A stretch of 63,912 nucleotides of DNA, counting the filler, from Octopus bimaculoides (taxonomy: Eukaryota), in NCBI RefSeq assembly GCF_001194135.2. It is 7 parts of 6 records of this genome, joined end to end, with 100 filler letters (N's around TTAATTAATTAA, not from the genome) between each part and the next. Parts side by side here need not be neighbours in the genome. Positions count along the whole stretch, not along the records: positions 27,581 to 39,964 come from NC_068982.1; positions 40,065 to 54,351 come from NC_068993.1; 5 more parts are not named here. One strand, 5' to 3'. Within the stretch, counting starts at the first letter, position 1, and each line of letters begins with the position of its first letter. The notes beneath the pieces are model-generated. The model was given only the letters and a program-made list of their open reading frames with translations, was not told where the DNA came from and made no database searches. Made by a program: the position numbers and the translations under genes. This document shows positions 37,918 through 52,571 of this stretch, one piece after another.

Positions 37918-38791
37918 GTGTATGTGTGTATTTCTGCCCGTATCTTTGTCACCGTGCAGTAGTAGCCACAAGCACAAAAAACCCCGAAGAGAAAAAAACT
38001 AAAGTCGAGAAAAAGAAGCGAAAAGCCGTTCATCGTAAAATTAGGTAAATAGGTCAGTGTGTTAAATATTAGTTCAATTAACCAGCATCAGTACCATCGT
38101 TATCATCATCATCGTCATAAGCGTCAACACGAATTTCGTTGACAATAACCCCCTATTAGACGAACGAAATTCCACTATCAGTCATACACTCCTTGTTTCC
38201 AGAAGCCCCTATTTCACATCAAAGTCCACGAGGAGTAAAATAAGAAGGAACATTTTTCTCTGTCTTCCTCTACACTTTTATTTGTTAGTAAAAATGTAAA
38301 GGACCAAAACCAAAACTATATGAAAAGTAAAGAAAAAAAGGCAAGCGACTAAAACATCACTTATTATCTGTTATTTTCCCGCCCAGTAGTGTTTTTTCTA
38401 TCTCATAGCATACGAGAACAAAAGAACTGTAGTATACAAAAACCCATAGTCAAATGGTTTTGTAAACTTGATATTGTTGTTGGTGAATCAGTACTGACTT
38501 AGGGGATAAAACAAATAGACTTTAACAAATTGCGTGTATTAAACAACTGCACGAACAATGGACTTATTGGAGGAATAAGCTTCTCTCCAAAGGGGCTTCT
38601 TACGGACTAATGAATGGTTCACTACATTGTCGAAAGTAAAAGCGAAACAACAGCAACCTCCACTACCACCCCAAAACCACCACCACCACCACCATAACAA
38701 CAACACACAGTCGTATATTCACAAATACATACATATTCATAGATACATATATATACATACACACACATATAGATTTATAAATAATCCATAT

Positions 38792-38825
<34 letters not shown>

Positions 38826-39063
38826 CTAATTTCACAAGCAATGCAACATATATATATATCCTCACAAACACAAGAGCACGTATATACTAAAAAAACACAA
38901 ATAAAATGGATAAAAATTAGAATAAAAAAGAACTGATAATAATAATAGAAATAAACAAAAATAAACTCCACTCCAAACATTCACGCTGATTAATTAACCC
39001 TGTAAATTAAAACTTCATTTTATTAATCATTATATCAAAATAAATATGTGACGATTCACAAAG

Positions 39064-39167
<104 letters not shown>

Positions 39168-39174
39168 TCTATCT

Positions 39175-39358
39175 CTTCGCGACGGTCTCTTGTTTAAGGT
39201 GGTGAACGCTGCTATAATCCTTGCCTTCAGTTCTCTTGCTTGTGTGGCATGGAGCAGAGTCCTGTTGCTAGACAGGGTCTTCCAGCAGCCACCCTCTTCA
39301 CCCAGGGCAGCACTACCTCCTGCAGGCACTTGATGTAGGCCTCCGTGTTGATTGTGTT
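39175..39358 (-). mobile_element. maT/DD37D transposase fragment, internally deleted
   Basis: INTEAYIKCLQEVVLPWVKRVAAGRP, frameshift, V*QQDSAPCHTS, fused to ELKARIIAAFTTLNK; same family as 1395-1972. Confidence 0.85.
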
Positions 39359-39369
39359 TTTCGAATTGA

Positions 39370-39540
39370 AACCGAGTGATTTGTACTAACGAGGTATTGA
39401 AAATCTTGTTCAACGTTGGGAAGAAGTTGTAAACAACAAGGATGAATACATTATTGATTAATTAGTTGTTATTTTTTTAATTAAACCCTTTAAAAATTTC
39501 AATAAAAAAACAAACGGTGGGAACTTAGTTGCCAACCCAA
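39370..39540 (+). mobile_element. Mariner right end
   Basis: GIENLVQRWEEVVNNKDEYIID* C-terminus and terminal GAACTTAGTTGCCAACCCAA|TA. Confidence 0.8.
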
Positions 39541-39664
39541 TACATTAAACAGAATAAAATTAGAAAAAAACATTAGTTATCAGCACTACAATGTTATTAG
39601 CAATTCAACAAAAAAAAGTGACAATAATATACCTACCTACCTACCTACCTACCTACCTACCTAC

Positions 39665-39710
<46 letters not shown>

Positions 39711-39827
39711 GTCTGTCTGTTTGTCTGTCTGTTTGTCTGTCTGTTTGTCTGTTTGTTTGTCTCTCTGTTTGTCTGTGCACATATCCACACACATTGACGT
39801 ATTCACACAAATTTATTCACGGGCAAA

Positions 39828-39883
<56 letters not shown>

Positions 39884-39904
39884 ATGTGTGTGTGTGTGTG
39901 TATT

Positions 39905-39950
39905 AAGTTTCAGTCCAAGGACTGTGGCCATGCTGGAGCATCGCCACTTA
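39905..39950 (-). mobile_element. SINE family C 3' tail fragment
   Basis: Reverse complement GGCGATGCTCCAGCATGGCCACAGTCCTTGGACTGAAAC. Confidence 0.6.
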
Positions 39951-40611
39951 ATTTGCTACACTTTNNNNNNNNNNNNNNNNNNNNNNNNNNNNNNNNNNNN
40001 NNNNNNNNTTAATTAATTAANNNNNNNNNNNNNNNNNNNNNNNNNNNNNNNNNNNNNNNNNNNNATATGTATATGTATGTATATATATCTATGTATATAT
40101 ATCTATGTATATAATTATATAGAAGTAAATGTAGATATAAGCAAGTTAGATCAATATACAAAGTATTTTAAATGCATAAAATACAAAAAGAATATATATG
40201 TATACATATAGATAGGTCCAACTATATATACATATAAAAAGGTCCGTCTAACATCTTTGAACTTCCTTTTTTAACATCTCAAATATAAGTGCTCTTCTAT
40301 GAATACGAAGGCTCGTTTAATCCTTTGATAGAAACAATCTACAAACATTATTATGGACCACCGTGTCCCCAGAAGCAGCTATTTGATTTGTAATACTTTC
40401 CCTCAACCCCTTTAACTATCTGTATCATTTGTATTCTGTGTATGCCGGACCTTTTTATATGTATATATATATATACATTTTTGCATTTCGTATATTTAAT
40501 ATATTTTATATATTGATTTGTCTAACTTGCTTATCTCTACATTTACCGCTATACCCCTTGAGCCCCACTAAGTATATTGCATACGGAAAATATTTGGATC
40601 TCATCTATGAA

Positions 40612-40729
<118 letters not shown>

Positions 40730-40978
40730 GTATGTATACATATCGATATGTATGTATATATGTATATATATCCTTTTGCTATATTTGTGAAATAATCATT
40801 CTGCCACAAATATAGCAAAAGGGAACTATGTAATTATTTTAGTTTCTAGTACTAATGTAAATTGACGGTTCTTTCAAATTTACAAATTGTTGTAATGTTT
40901 TCATTGATTGATTAAATGGAGCCGCTTGAAACGGCTGTAATGCATTGATCCCTGAAATCCTTGTTACTTATTTGCTTG

Positions 40979-41018
<40 letters not shown>

Positions 41019-41759
41019 AGTCTACGTTTGTTTCTATAAGATCTTGCATATGTTTAAAAATGGAACTTCTAAAGCTGATTTTGAATCTCTTTTGAAAAGT
41101 GACAACTATTTGAAGATTTAGAACAGCGGTAAGTGTGTAACTAGAATGTTTATATGTTTGGGTTGATTTGTTCCAAGTAAATTATGAACATTTCCAGTAA
41201 CCAAAAGAATCCTTTTTATACGGCTGAAATAGCTCTAGAATTCGGTAGACATTTTATCTGAAGATGTTCAGATATTTATGACCGTTCTCAGATTCGCTAC
41301 TATCATCGTGTTTTATAAACATTAAAGCAGACTTTCATGTTGTGAGATACATGGTTTATAATATCGTCTTAATAATTCAGGGTGTAGCAGGAAACAACCA
41401 TTTATATGTCGTGTTTAAAAGAAACATATTTGTAGAGATAGAGGCACGCTTATAATAGATAAAAACCGCAACATGAATGTATGTATGTATGTATGTATGT
41501 ATGTATATAAGTGTTCTTACATATATGGATCTATTTATGTATCTCTGTGCCTGCATGTATGTATGAGATGCATTCCAGAAGCCTTGATAATGTTTTAGGG
41601 GAGACAATTATAACTGTCCTAGATTACTGTCATTTTAGTATATCATTGCTATACATCTAATAGGTTGACCTGCCAATTTTTTTAAATGGTAGATTGAAGG
41701 AGACGGCAGTATCAACAGTTTGAATATATTCCCCTAAACACCACTTGTCACAGCTGACT

Positions 41760-41966
41760 AGTTTGCCGAATGCCTTCGGGACGTGAATAAATGACGGAAG
41801 CTTGCTATGCAATAAAATTTTGTGATAAACTGGGAAGACATCTGCAGAAACTTATGAAATGCTTCAGATTGCTTATGAATTGACCTTTATGAACCGAGTA
41901 TCTGTTTTTCGCTGGCACAAGTGGTTCAAGAACGGAAGAGAGGAGATGTAAACGATGAGCGGTGTA

Positions 41967-42062
<96 letters not shown>

Positions 42063-42920
42063 GGTTGAGAAAATTCGCAGTTTTCTGGATGAAGACTGTT
42101 GTTTGTCTACAAAGAAAATAAGGAAACAATTTAAAGTTAGTGTGACAACTGCACACAGAATTATTCATGGTGAGATGAACATACGCAAAATTTGTGCAAA
42201 ATTTGTGCGAAATTTGTTCTCAGTGGCGAATAGAAGGAGAGATTCGTTGGTAACAGCAGGGAGATGGTTGAGCTCATTATCTTCAATCCAAGAGAACTTG
42301 ATTATGATGAAAGCTGAATCAACTGTTAATGATCCAGACGAAGAGACAAACTGCCCAATGGAAGGATCCGAGCTCCCCAAGACCCAAGAAGGACAGAGAA
42401 AGCAAGTTCACCTAGAAACTCATGGTGATCCCCCTTTTCGGTAGCAATGTACAACCATTGGGTTCTCTCTGGCCAGACAGTTAACAATGAGCACTTTGTG
42501 GTAGATTTGAGGGAGATGAGGAAGAGATTTCGTCACCAAAGGCCAAAGCTCTTCCACTCGGGTTGGTGGCACTCGCACCAGGACAATGCACCAGTCTACA
42601 TTTCATCCTGGTAACCAATTACTTGTCAGAGGTGAGCATCAAAACCATACCGCCTCCTCCCTAGAGTTTGGACCTTGCTCCCTGTGACTTTTGGTTGTTT
42701 ACCTAGCTAAAGTAGAAAATAAAAGGCAGCCATTCTGAAGATGACTGTGACAGTGCTCTGGGTGCCTTCACCTAGGGGACTTCCATGGGGTCTTGATGAA
42801 GTGGCTGGAGCGCTAGAAACGGAGCATTGAAATCATATTATGTTCTACTTTGAAGAAAATTAGAGCTTTGTAATTCTTTCAAATTGAAAGTTTTAAAACT
42901 TCTGGAGTGCACCTTGCATA
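41760..42920 (+). mobile_element. Near full-length mariner relic interrupted by a (GA)n expansion
   Basis: YAIKFCDKLG...SVFRWHKWFKNGR, (GA)n 41969-42060, VEKIRSFLDED...RKICAKFV, DES...ETNCP region, HQDNAPV, SLDLAPCDFWLF; end CTGGAGTGCACCTTGCATA. Confidence 0.85.
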
Positions 42921-43059
42921 TGCATATTATTATTCAATTATATGTTTTAGTTTCTTGTCAATGGATAAACAATCCGTTTCTGACCTAGATACAAGACTCC
43001 TTCATTGGAATTACGACAACAGAGCTGTTTTCCAAGTTGTGTGTATATATACTAGTATT

Positions 43060-43640
43060 TGGCGTCAGGAAGTGGGATATAGAGTGAGGAAAGGGAGTAA
43101 GACACTTGGAGTTGTGAAAGATGTGCTGAGAGATAAAAGGTTGAGTATGAACGTGAAAAGAGGTGTGTATGAGGGCGTGATTGTGTCAACAATGTCATAT
43201 GGTGCAGAGACGTGGGGGATGAGAGAGGCGGAAAGGAGGCGACTAAATGAGTTTGAGATGAAATATCTGAGGGCTAATGTTGGTGTGACATGGATGGACA
43301 CGATGAAGAATGAGGAGGTGCGAAGGCGAGCAGGAATGAGAAAAAAACTAACTACTAAAATGGAGGTACGAATGTTGCAGTGGTTTGACCACATGGAGAG
43401 GATGGATAAGGAATGGATGGTAAGGAGAATGATGAAGGCAGAATTGGAAGACAGCAGAACCAGAGGCAGATATCGGTTTGTGTAGATGGATGGAGTGGGG
43501 AATGTTTTGGTGATTAGAGGTATTGGAGTGAGAAAGGCAAGAGAATTTATAAATGACAGGAAAGCTCGGAGAGTGTCTGTCGACGGATGAGTGAATTTGA
43601 TGTTACTCAAAGGGGTACGGAACCAGCATGATGCGGCGTG
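43060..43640 (+). mobile_element. RTE-clade LINE, 5'-truncated ORF2 C-terminus
   Basis: MSYGAETWGMREAERRRLNEFEMKYLRANVGVTWMDTMKNEEVRRRAG...LQWFDHMERM...RTRGR; the YGAETW, FEMxxLR and WxGHxxRM motifs of RTE elements. Confidence 0.9.
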
Positions 43641-44201
43641 AATAAACCAGCATATACTGTCGTGTCCCGCTGTTGGTATTGGAGGTTGCGTTCTATTCCT
43701 TGACCCGAGCATAGAACAGGGCTCACCTCTTTGAGCTGGGAAACGAATGGAATGCTTGGTACGTGTCCTGTTGTGCCTACCCACTCCTAATAAAAATGGA
43801 GAATAGGCCTGGGTATATAAAACAAAATTGGCGTTAGAATATGCGCATTTTTATGTATGTGTACTCATACATATAGTTGCATTTCTAGACATGTACATAT
43901 GAAACAAATATGCTATACGTTTTGTAAGTTTCATAAATTTTGACAGTTCCATTGATAGTTTCCTTTCTAATCATGACTAACAAACAGCTTGGTACTTATT
44001 CTAGCGCCCCAGTAAGTACAGATATTAATCTGAGCTTGTAATCCGTGTTGAGTAGCTGTAAATTTCTCGATATTTACGTAGTTATTCTTTGACATATGCT
44101 GGGCAAGTAATTTCCGCTTCTCTATATATTATCCTTCCCTGTCCCAAAACAATATATTATGTTTTCATTTACTTGAGTAGGTATATATCAATGTATGAAT
44201 G

Positions 44202-44258
<57 letters not shown>

Positions 44259-44509
44259 GTGTGTCTGTCTGTGTCTGTCTGCCTGCCTCTCTGTGCGTGT
44301 GTGTGCGTGTGTGTGCGTGGTGTGCGTGGTGTGCGTGGTGTGCGTGTGTGTGCGTGTGTGTGCGTGTGTGTGTGTCTGTATGTCTGTCATTGTATGTTCA
44401 CTTCTGTTTTAAATTATTTGAAGTCATTCTGCAAGGAAGGAGCTGGTTTCTAACAAAAATACAAACTTCCATCATTGGAATGTTGGTAGCAAAAACAGTG
44501 TCATATATT

Positions 44510-45036
44510 TAACTTGAGAAAAGTCAAAAAGTAATGCCATTTTGTTTAGGACAGGTATAATTACCAGCACAGGAACATGTATCATACATCAAAATGAGGC
44601 TGGTCCTCTGTGGATCACATCCCTACTCCTCAACATAGTCACTGTTTCTCTCAATAGCAATGTTCCACCTTCGAATGAGAGCTTGTATCCCTGCCCCGTA
44701 AAATTATGATGACTGTTCTTTGAGCCACTTCTTCACTACAGTTTTCACTTCATCGTCACTGGAATAATGTTTGCCTCTCAGACCCTCTTTCATGGTGCCA
44801 GTGACGAGGGAGTGAAAACTGTAGTGAAGAAGTGGCTCAAAGAACAGTCAACAAAACTTTACGAGGCAGGGATATATGCTCTCATTCGAAGGTAGAACAT
44901 TACTGTTGAGAGAAACAGTGACTATGTTGAGGAGTAGGGATGTGATCCACAGAGGATCAGCTTCATTTTGATGTATGATACATGTTCCTGTGTTGGTAAT
45001 TATACCTGTCCTAAACAAAATGGCATCACCCTCGTA
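44510..45036. mobile_element. Palindromic mariner derivative made of two inverted 3' ends
   Basis: Arms 44534-44762 and 44798-45026 (229 bp each, 14 mismatches by eye), 35-nt spacer; both arms encode the mariner C-terminus (VKTVVKKWLKEQS...ALIRR...ERNSDYVEE*); right end CACCCTCG|TA. Confidence 0.92.
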
Positions 45037-45126
45037 TTTATGCATGTCTCAGCGTTGGTTTGGTCCATGTGTTTGCGTCGAATCATCGGCAAGTTTTCTT
45101 TTCTCTCACAGCCTCGTGTTAACTAA

Positions 45127-45400
45127 TCTATATCAATAAAAGCGAAATCCTGTCTGTCCGTCTAGGACCCCTGTATCTTAGTCTATATTTGCTCTACATT
45201 GACATATTCCTTATTGGAATCAGGATGATCTCGAGATTGAAAATCTGCCATTCATTTGGTTCTTGAACTTCTAGCATTGGGATCTGATTTAAAAGTATTT
45301 GGGTTACTAATTTAGAAGGTAAAGTGATCATGAGAAGTTTCATTGCCATGGTACAAGAGTTACCTTCCTTAGCTTTCAGCTTTACTACGGAATTTAAATC
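45127..45400 (+). mobile_element. Non-autonomous Helitron-like 5' end fragment
   Basis: A|TCTATATCAATAAAAGCGAAATCCTGTCTGTCCGTCT, typical of Helitron 5' TC termini; no 3' end found. Confidence 0.5.
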
Positions 45401-45552
45401 GAGCAAATCGACACCAGTTATCAAACGGTGGTGGGAGACAAACACAGACAAAATGCATACATACATACATACATACACACACATACATAATACATACATA
45501 CATACATACATACATACATACATACATACATACATACATACATACTTACTTA

Positions 45553-46538
<986 letters not shown>

Positions 46539-46879
46539 TATGTAGCTCAGTCAATCTGTTATATATATTTATCATTAATAATTGGTAGAACTTACATGGG
46601 TGTGCATATATATAAAGAGAGAGAGAGAGAGAGAGGGGGGGAGTGAGATAGATAGATACACATACACACACAGAGAGAATTCTGGTGCTGTGAGGACGCA
46701 CGGGAATGGCATTTCCTTACTTTTTCAAATATATTCGAATTTAAAATGATCTACTATAACGATATCATTCATCCGGCATGCCAAAGCAATTTAATTCCTC
46801 ACAAATATATGCCACTTTACATATAATTCAAGGTAATTCCATTTATTGAAACTTGCTAAAGAGCATATTTTGCTTTTAA

Positions 46880-49800
46880 GTAGCATCCCCTTGTAGTCAC
46901 AATTGTCAATAATCATACTGTTTCCATTTCTCTCAGCCAATATTTTTACATTTAGCCTTCTTTCAAACACTAGATAATGCAACATACAGCTGACCATGTG
47001 AGAAGAATTGTGTCGGAAGATATATTCCAACTTGCTCAAATGTCTGTCACTGTACCTTGTTGCATGTCAAGGCAAAAGCTTCTTTGACAGGAAATTGTTT
47101 GCGTGTGAATGTGAATGGAAATTCCATTTCTCGAGATACATGTGGTATTCTTGGGATTAGCAGTGTTGATTCTGTATAAGGACCAGAAGCAACTTCGGCA
47201 TCAGTAACATGATCATGTAAACTGACAATGATGTAGCGTGTGCCATTGCAATGTCCATTAGTAGCGTCTAAATTTCTCAAAACCATTATGCAGCATTTTT
47301 TCTTTAGTTTGAGAATGTGTGGCGGAAACCCTGGTGGTGTACGTTTGTTGATGAACTCGATTGGGTACAGAGTTTTCTTATCGACTGTATCTACATACTT
47401 TTAGCTCATTGTTGGAGTAACAATGATTCTGTATGCAAGCTACACAAGGTTTGTGAAGTTATTTTTGAGGTCAGTATATACAAAATCACAGATCTGAAAG
47501 AGTACCACTTTCAAGGCAAAGGTCATTGGGTAGTTTGATTCTGAATTCACCTACAAACGTTACCATTTCCTACAACAAGTAGGTAATTAGCAAACTCTCT
47601 TTCATCAGAATGACGTTCTGTAAGAAGTCTTAGATTGGTTGTCAGCTTCATTACTTCCACATGATCTCAAAGAAAAGATCTCTCTAGTGCTACATCAACA
47701 ATTTGTGATCTGACACCATGACATACAACTACAACAATTTGTTTCCACTCACCAGACAGTAATACAGTAAGTTCACCAAAAGGTTTGTTCACCCTCGTCC
47801 ATCCCGCCATATGCTATCAAGGCACTCAAAGATATGCTTATTCCCCATACTCATCAATAACTAACAGATCCGCCTGCTGCGTAAGGTTTCCTATTTCATC
47901 TCTCTTTATGAAACTGCATGTTAATTCTGCAGTGATGCTGAGAGGAATTTTGAACTTAAATTGAAGAGCTCTCCCTTTATGAAGCAAAGTTACTGGAATA
48001 CCTGGCATGGCAGTAGCAATTGCAATTTTCATTTTAAGTCGAAGGTACTTTGGTATAATGTTAAGTACAGATGTTTTCCCTATGCCACCACTTCCATTCA
48101 AGCACAGAATTCTTCCTTCTTTACCATTTACGGACTGGAGAACTGCATCAAACTGATCTTTGCAGATCATTCAAAGTTGGCAGACGTTAATTAATGGTTT
48201 GTTGCAATTGTTCTTGATTAAAAATGGTTTCTTCTTTAACCACACATGAAATATCTTCTACTTCAATCATACTTATATTTGGTTGAGGAATACCAAAATG
48301 TCTGTAGATATCAAAGCCATCAATTTAAAGCCTTTCCTGGATTTTCATGCGAACAATATTCAATGTCCGTTCAGAGAAGACTTCCTCGTGATTCTGAAGC
48401 ACGATATCTTCGGCAAGATAATTCTTCCATTTACCTCAGAAAACAGGAGGATTATTTAGCAAGTAGTACAACAAAATTGTACAAAATAGCTCTCGCAGAT
48501 AAGGGCTAAACATAAACGATGACGCTTCTTCCATAGCTCTGTCTTTTTCTCTATCGTAATCCAGCAGGTCAATTTTTATGCATGCTTCTTGAAGTGTTTG
48601 GTATGCGATACCATCAAATATCCTTAAATCCTTGAATGAAGTAGCACCAGCTTTGTGATGTAGAAGCATTTGAAGATAATATAGTTTGGATTGGTCTCTA
48701 ATGAGGGTTACTGTTGGAATGCGTCCCTAAGAAGAACCCATAAACTCATGTCCTCCATATAAATGACCCCTTTTTCTTCATTGCCATTTATTGTTTGTCC
48801 AAGTAAAATAGTTTGGAACAACAGGATACAAAATGTGTCTAGCACTGTGGTCTCTGATGTTTAGTTGGAAATATTCTGTCAATTTTGTAACGGGCTCTCC
48901 GCTAGCAACAACATTTCATACCTCTCCTTGTTGCAATTGTTTGCTGTCTTGGCAAATAACAAGGTAATTTCTCGACTGGTGGCTTTCTTTCATGAAGTGA
49001 AAATTTGTAAATTCGCCAAAATGGTAGATATATAGTGCGCATTTACAAAGGTCTCAATCTCATTTTGTACATGGATATCATTTCCATCATTGATTTGATT
49101 GTGTATGTGACTATATCTGAACCTTTAGTGATGTATTTGTACAGATACTTCACTGCATGAACACTATGAACAACCTCACAGTTGATGTGTCACTGATGTC
49201 TTAGAGAAAGCAAAAGGTTTTAAGGAACCGCCAACGATTGTCAATTGTAAATTCCTAATGTCTAATCTTTATATTATGGAATTAGCCCCCGTTCTACAAG
49301 TTTCTCCTATAAGAAGGAAAGGAATTTTCAGCCAAATATCTGCTGAAATGGCTTGGGATAACCTTTTGAGCAATGGCGATTTGCTCCGATACTTCCATAC
49401 ATGAAAAAAGCATATTAGCCTCACCAAATAGATTATGAATAATGCAGGATATGATGATTTTATGTAGTTTGGAGTTGATCTCTTTATCATGGATCTCACA
49501 AAACACTACTTGATCAATGACATCTACCGTCCTTGTTTTGCAGTCTTCAGCCATTATCAGCAGAATGTGAGCGTGAGTGAGGCCTCGTTTTTGCCGTTCA
49601 ATGGTAGCAGAGTGAGTAACGACTTTACCGAGTACATTATGCTTGAGTAGGTCATGCATGAGGCTGTCATAATTTATCTTGAAAATGCTTGCACAAATAT
49701 CTGGACAGTCTCTAGGTACCTCACCAAGGTTCAGACTGTCTTCTTTTATTTCATACCAGTTAGTATTAGTTGTAATTGTAATGACATTAGCAGGCTTTCT

Positions 49801-51401
49801 CATATGTCGAACCACAGTCATTGAATTCTGGAAGCAATCATTGTGGAAACGAAGAGAACCATATATCGAAGGAGGAAGAACAACTCGTCTACCTGCATTA
49901 ATTGCATTTTTAATTACTCCATCATATAGACCCTGATATTTTTCTGCTCGTATAATGGCTTGATTATTTTTGACCCAAGTCAAACGACTGTTCTCTATTT
50001 CAACCTAAGCATCTACAGCAAATTGTTGCATTAGTCGCCTGCTTTTCATCACAGCGTGGAAGTCACCTTCCCTTATTTGAAGACAATAGCAATAGAAATC
50101 AGTGACAGAAAGTTTCCGCTTGTCTTCTTTTTCGAAACTGTCTGAAATCCACCCTCCTCTCGGTGAAATAGCAGTACATAATGCAGAGGATCATATGATC
50201 GATGTAACTGATGGATTCTTTCTCGAATACCATCTATTTTGTGAACAATAACATCTAAGTGGCCAGCACCTACCGCTGGCAAAATAAAAGCAATTTCTGA
50301 CTCCATTGGAAGATTATAAGTTCGACAATGTGAATTAGAGGGTTTGTTATTCTTGTCAGCGTGTAGAAGAATATCGAAATGCTTTAAATCTTCTGTTTCA
50401 ATAGCTGCTCTCAAACTACGTATATATGTATTGTATTGGTGCAAGGCATCTTGTATTGCTTTCAAAATCTCATTGTTTAAATTTCTATGCCGCAGATGAT
50501 TCTCAAGTTTGTTATCAGTATCATAGAAGTAGAGCTGAGCAAAGTTTGGATTGTTGCCATTGGGAAGTAGCGATCCAATCATGTGATAAACTTTTCCCTG
50601 CACTTTAAATGTAGGACTAAATCCTGTGGCTCTGATTTCTCCGCAATCGAGAGAAGCCAATGCTAGTGCATTGTTAAATGGACATATATTTTGCAGGAAA
50701 CCGTTTCCTATTTGTGTAATATTGACGTATCTGATAATTTGGTGGAGGGGGAAGCAGTTTGTCAAGCTTTACCTTCCCCTCAAAGCAACATAGAGATTTC
50801 AGTTCAGTAGCTCATCTGTAAGCCTTGCAGTATGAAGAAACATTGTCAAAGAGGCTCCCTGCATTATGTGGCTGTGAAAGAGACAGGTCAGCCTGTTCTT
50901 GAAAATTATCGAAACTGGCTTTCATTGCTAATCTTTTAACATAATTCTTCCTAGTTTGAAAATATTTTAGTCTGTACTCCTGTAAATATTCAGGTTCATC
51001 TCTGTTTGTTGGCATTGGTGTTTCTGTTTGTAACTCACTGAAGTTTGGAAGGCTTCCCATTTGATACTGATTATCAATAAGCAACTGAACAGTCACAGAC
51101 GGTGAAGTAGAATATTCTCCTCTCGAGATGCCCTAGCCAGTCGGTCAAGTGTAGCGGAAACAGAATCATGAGTACGTCTACGTACATATTCAGATATTTG
51201 TTTTAGTTGCTTTGCCCTGGTTTCATCCGATTCAGTTACCCGTATCTCTCTCTGCCGTCGTTCATTTGCTGCTAAATGTTCTTTTTCAGTAGCACATTGT
51301 TTTGGACGCCCCATGCTGAATTGCAAAATTCTAATGTGATATTTGTGTAATAACGAAATCAAACCTAGAGTGTGTGTGTGTGTGTGTTTATATTAGAGAG
51401 A
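46880..51401 (-). mobile_element. Autonomous-type Helitron Rep/Helicase pseudogene
   Basis: In order: charged N-terminus (MGRPKQ at ~51314), YCKAYR zinc-finger remnant, FKVQGKVYHMIGSLLP...FAQLYFYD, Rep with ERQKRGLTHAHILL (HUH), PIF1 helicase GSGGIGKT and LLVIDE, LRNLDATNGHCNGTR, FPVKEAFALTCNKVQ, HGQLYVALS; many stops and frameshifts; 5' TCTCTCTAATATAAAC near 51401. Confidence 0.95.
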
Positions 51402-51453
51402 CAGCGTGTGTGCGCGTGTGTGCGCGTGTGCGCGCGTGTGCGTGCGTGTGCGT

Positions 51454-51479
<26 letters not shown>

Positions 51480-51484
<5 letters not shown>

Positions 51485-52080
51485 AGCAAACAATGAATGA
51501 AATAAACATGAAATGAAAAAGTCATATAAGCAAAAGCGCCTTAAAATCTATTTTGTTTAGCGTGCTAGGAATAAGAGCGATCACATAGTTATTATTGTAA
51601 GGCTTATAGCGTTCCCAGCAACCATACCAACAAAATCACTTCTTAATTTAAAAAATAAAACTATACTGGAATATTAAAAGAACAATAGTTTTATCAAGAA
51701 TATTCATTTAACAAACTCCGGAAACTGATTATATTCTTGAAATTGAACCTCGTCTCAAAGTTATGCAGCTATTGTTAAATTATCATTCATGAAAATAGAG
51801 GCGACAGAGAGAGAGAGAAAGAGAGAGACAGTTGCAAATGAAAACGGAAGAAGTCGCATGCAACGAATTAATATTGTCTATTATTAAGCATTAAAATCAA
51901 CTAAGCAGTGAATAGAAGGAATATTTAAAATCGTGAAGAATTGGAGTTCAAAAATTCAATAAACTTCAGAAATCGAAATTATAAGAAATTCCTTGGAACA
52001 TGAATTTATAAAAAAATATCCAGACGGTTAAGCCTTTAATAGCTGCTTTCTCCATTATAATTTATATATATATATATATA
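51480..52080 (-). mobile_element. Second copy (partial) of the non-autonomous Helitron family at 45553-46538
   Basis: Shared blocks in the same order: AGCGATCACAT, CAACAAAATCACT, ATGAAAA..AGAGG..(GA)n..AATGAAAA..TCGC..ATTAATATTGT. Confidence 0.55.
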
Positions 52081-52108
52081 TATATATCATGTGTGCGTGT
52101 GTGTGAGA

Positions 52109-52158
<50 letters not shown>

Positions 52159-52498
52159 GTGTGTGTGTATATATATAATACTAAGGATATGATTGAGGTG
52201 AATGAGGCCTCCTCTAATGATAACATAAATGCCAGTAATGATCAGAGAGTTCGGGAGGTAGTAGAAGGATTGATAGGATCCGCTTTCATAAACATAAGAT
52301 GTCTAGAAGGAATAATGTAGTCTGGCATAATGTTCCCTTTAACTGTACTATATCTACCAATATATATATAACATAAACAATGATACCGCTAGATATAATA
52401 ACTCAGACATTACTGACACAACACCTGGTAATACTACAATGAATTTAAGTGATACTATAAATGATAGAATACTGCAACTAATGATGATGATGATGATG

Positions 52499-52569
<71 letters not shown>
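52499..52569. repeat. (AAT)n microsatellite 5' of the Dong-like element
   Basis: Direct reading; preceded by (ATG)n. Confidence 0.98.
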
Positions 52570-52571
<2 letters not shown>

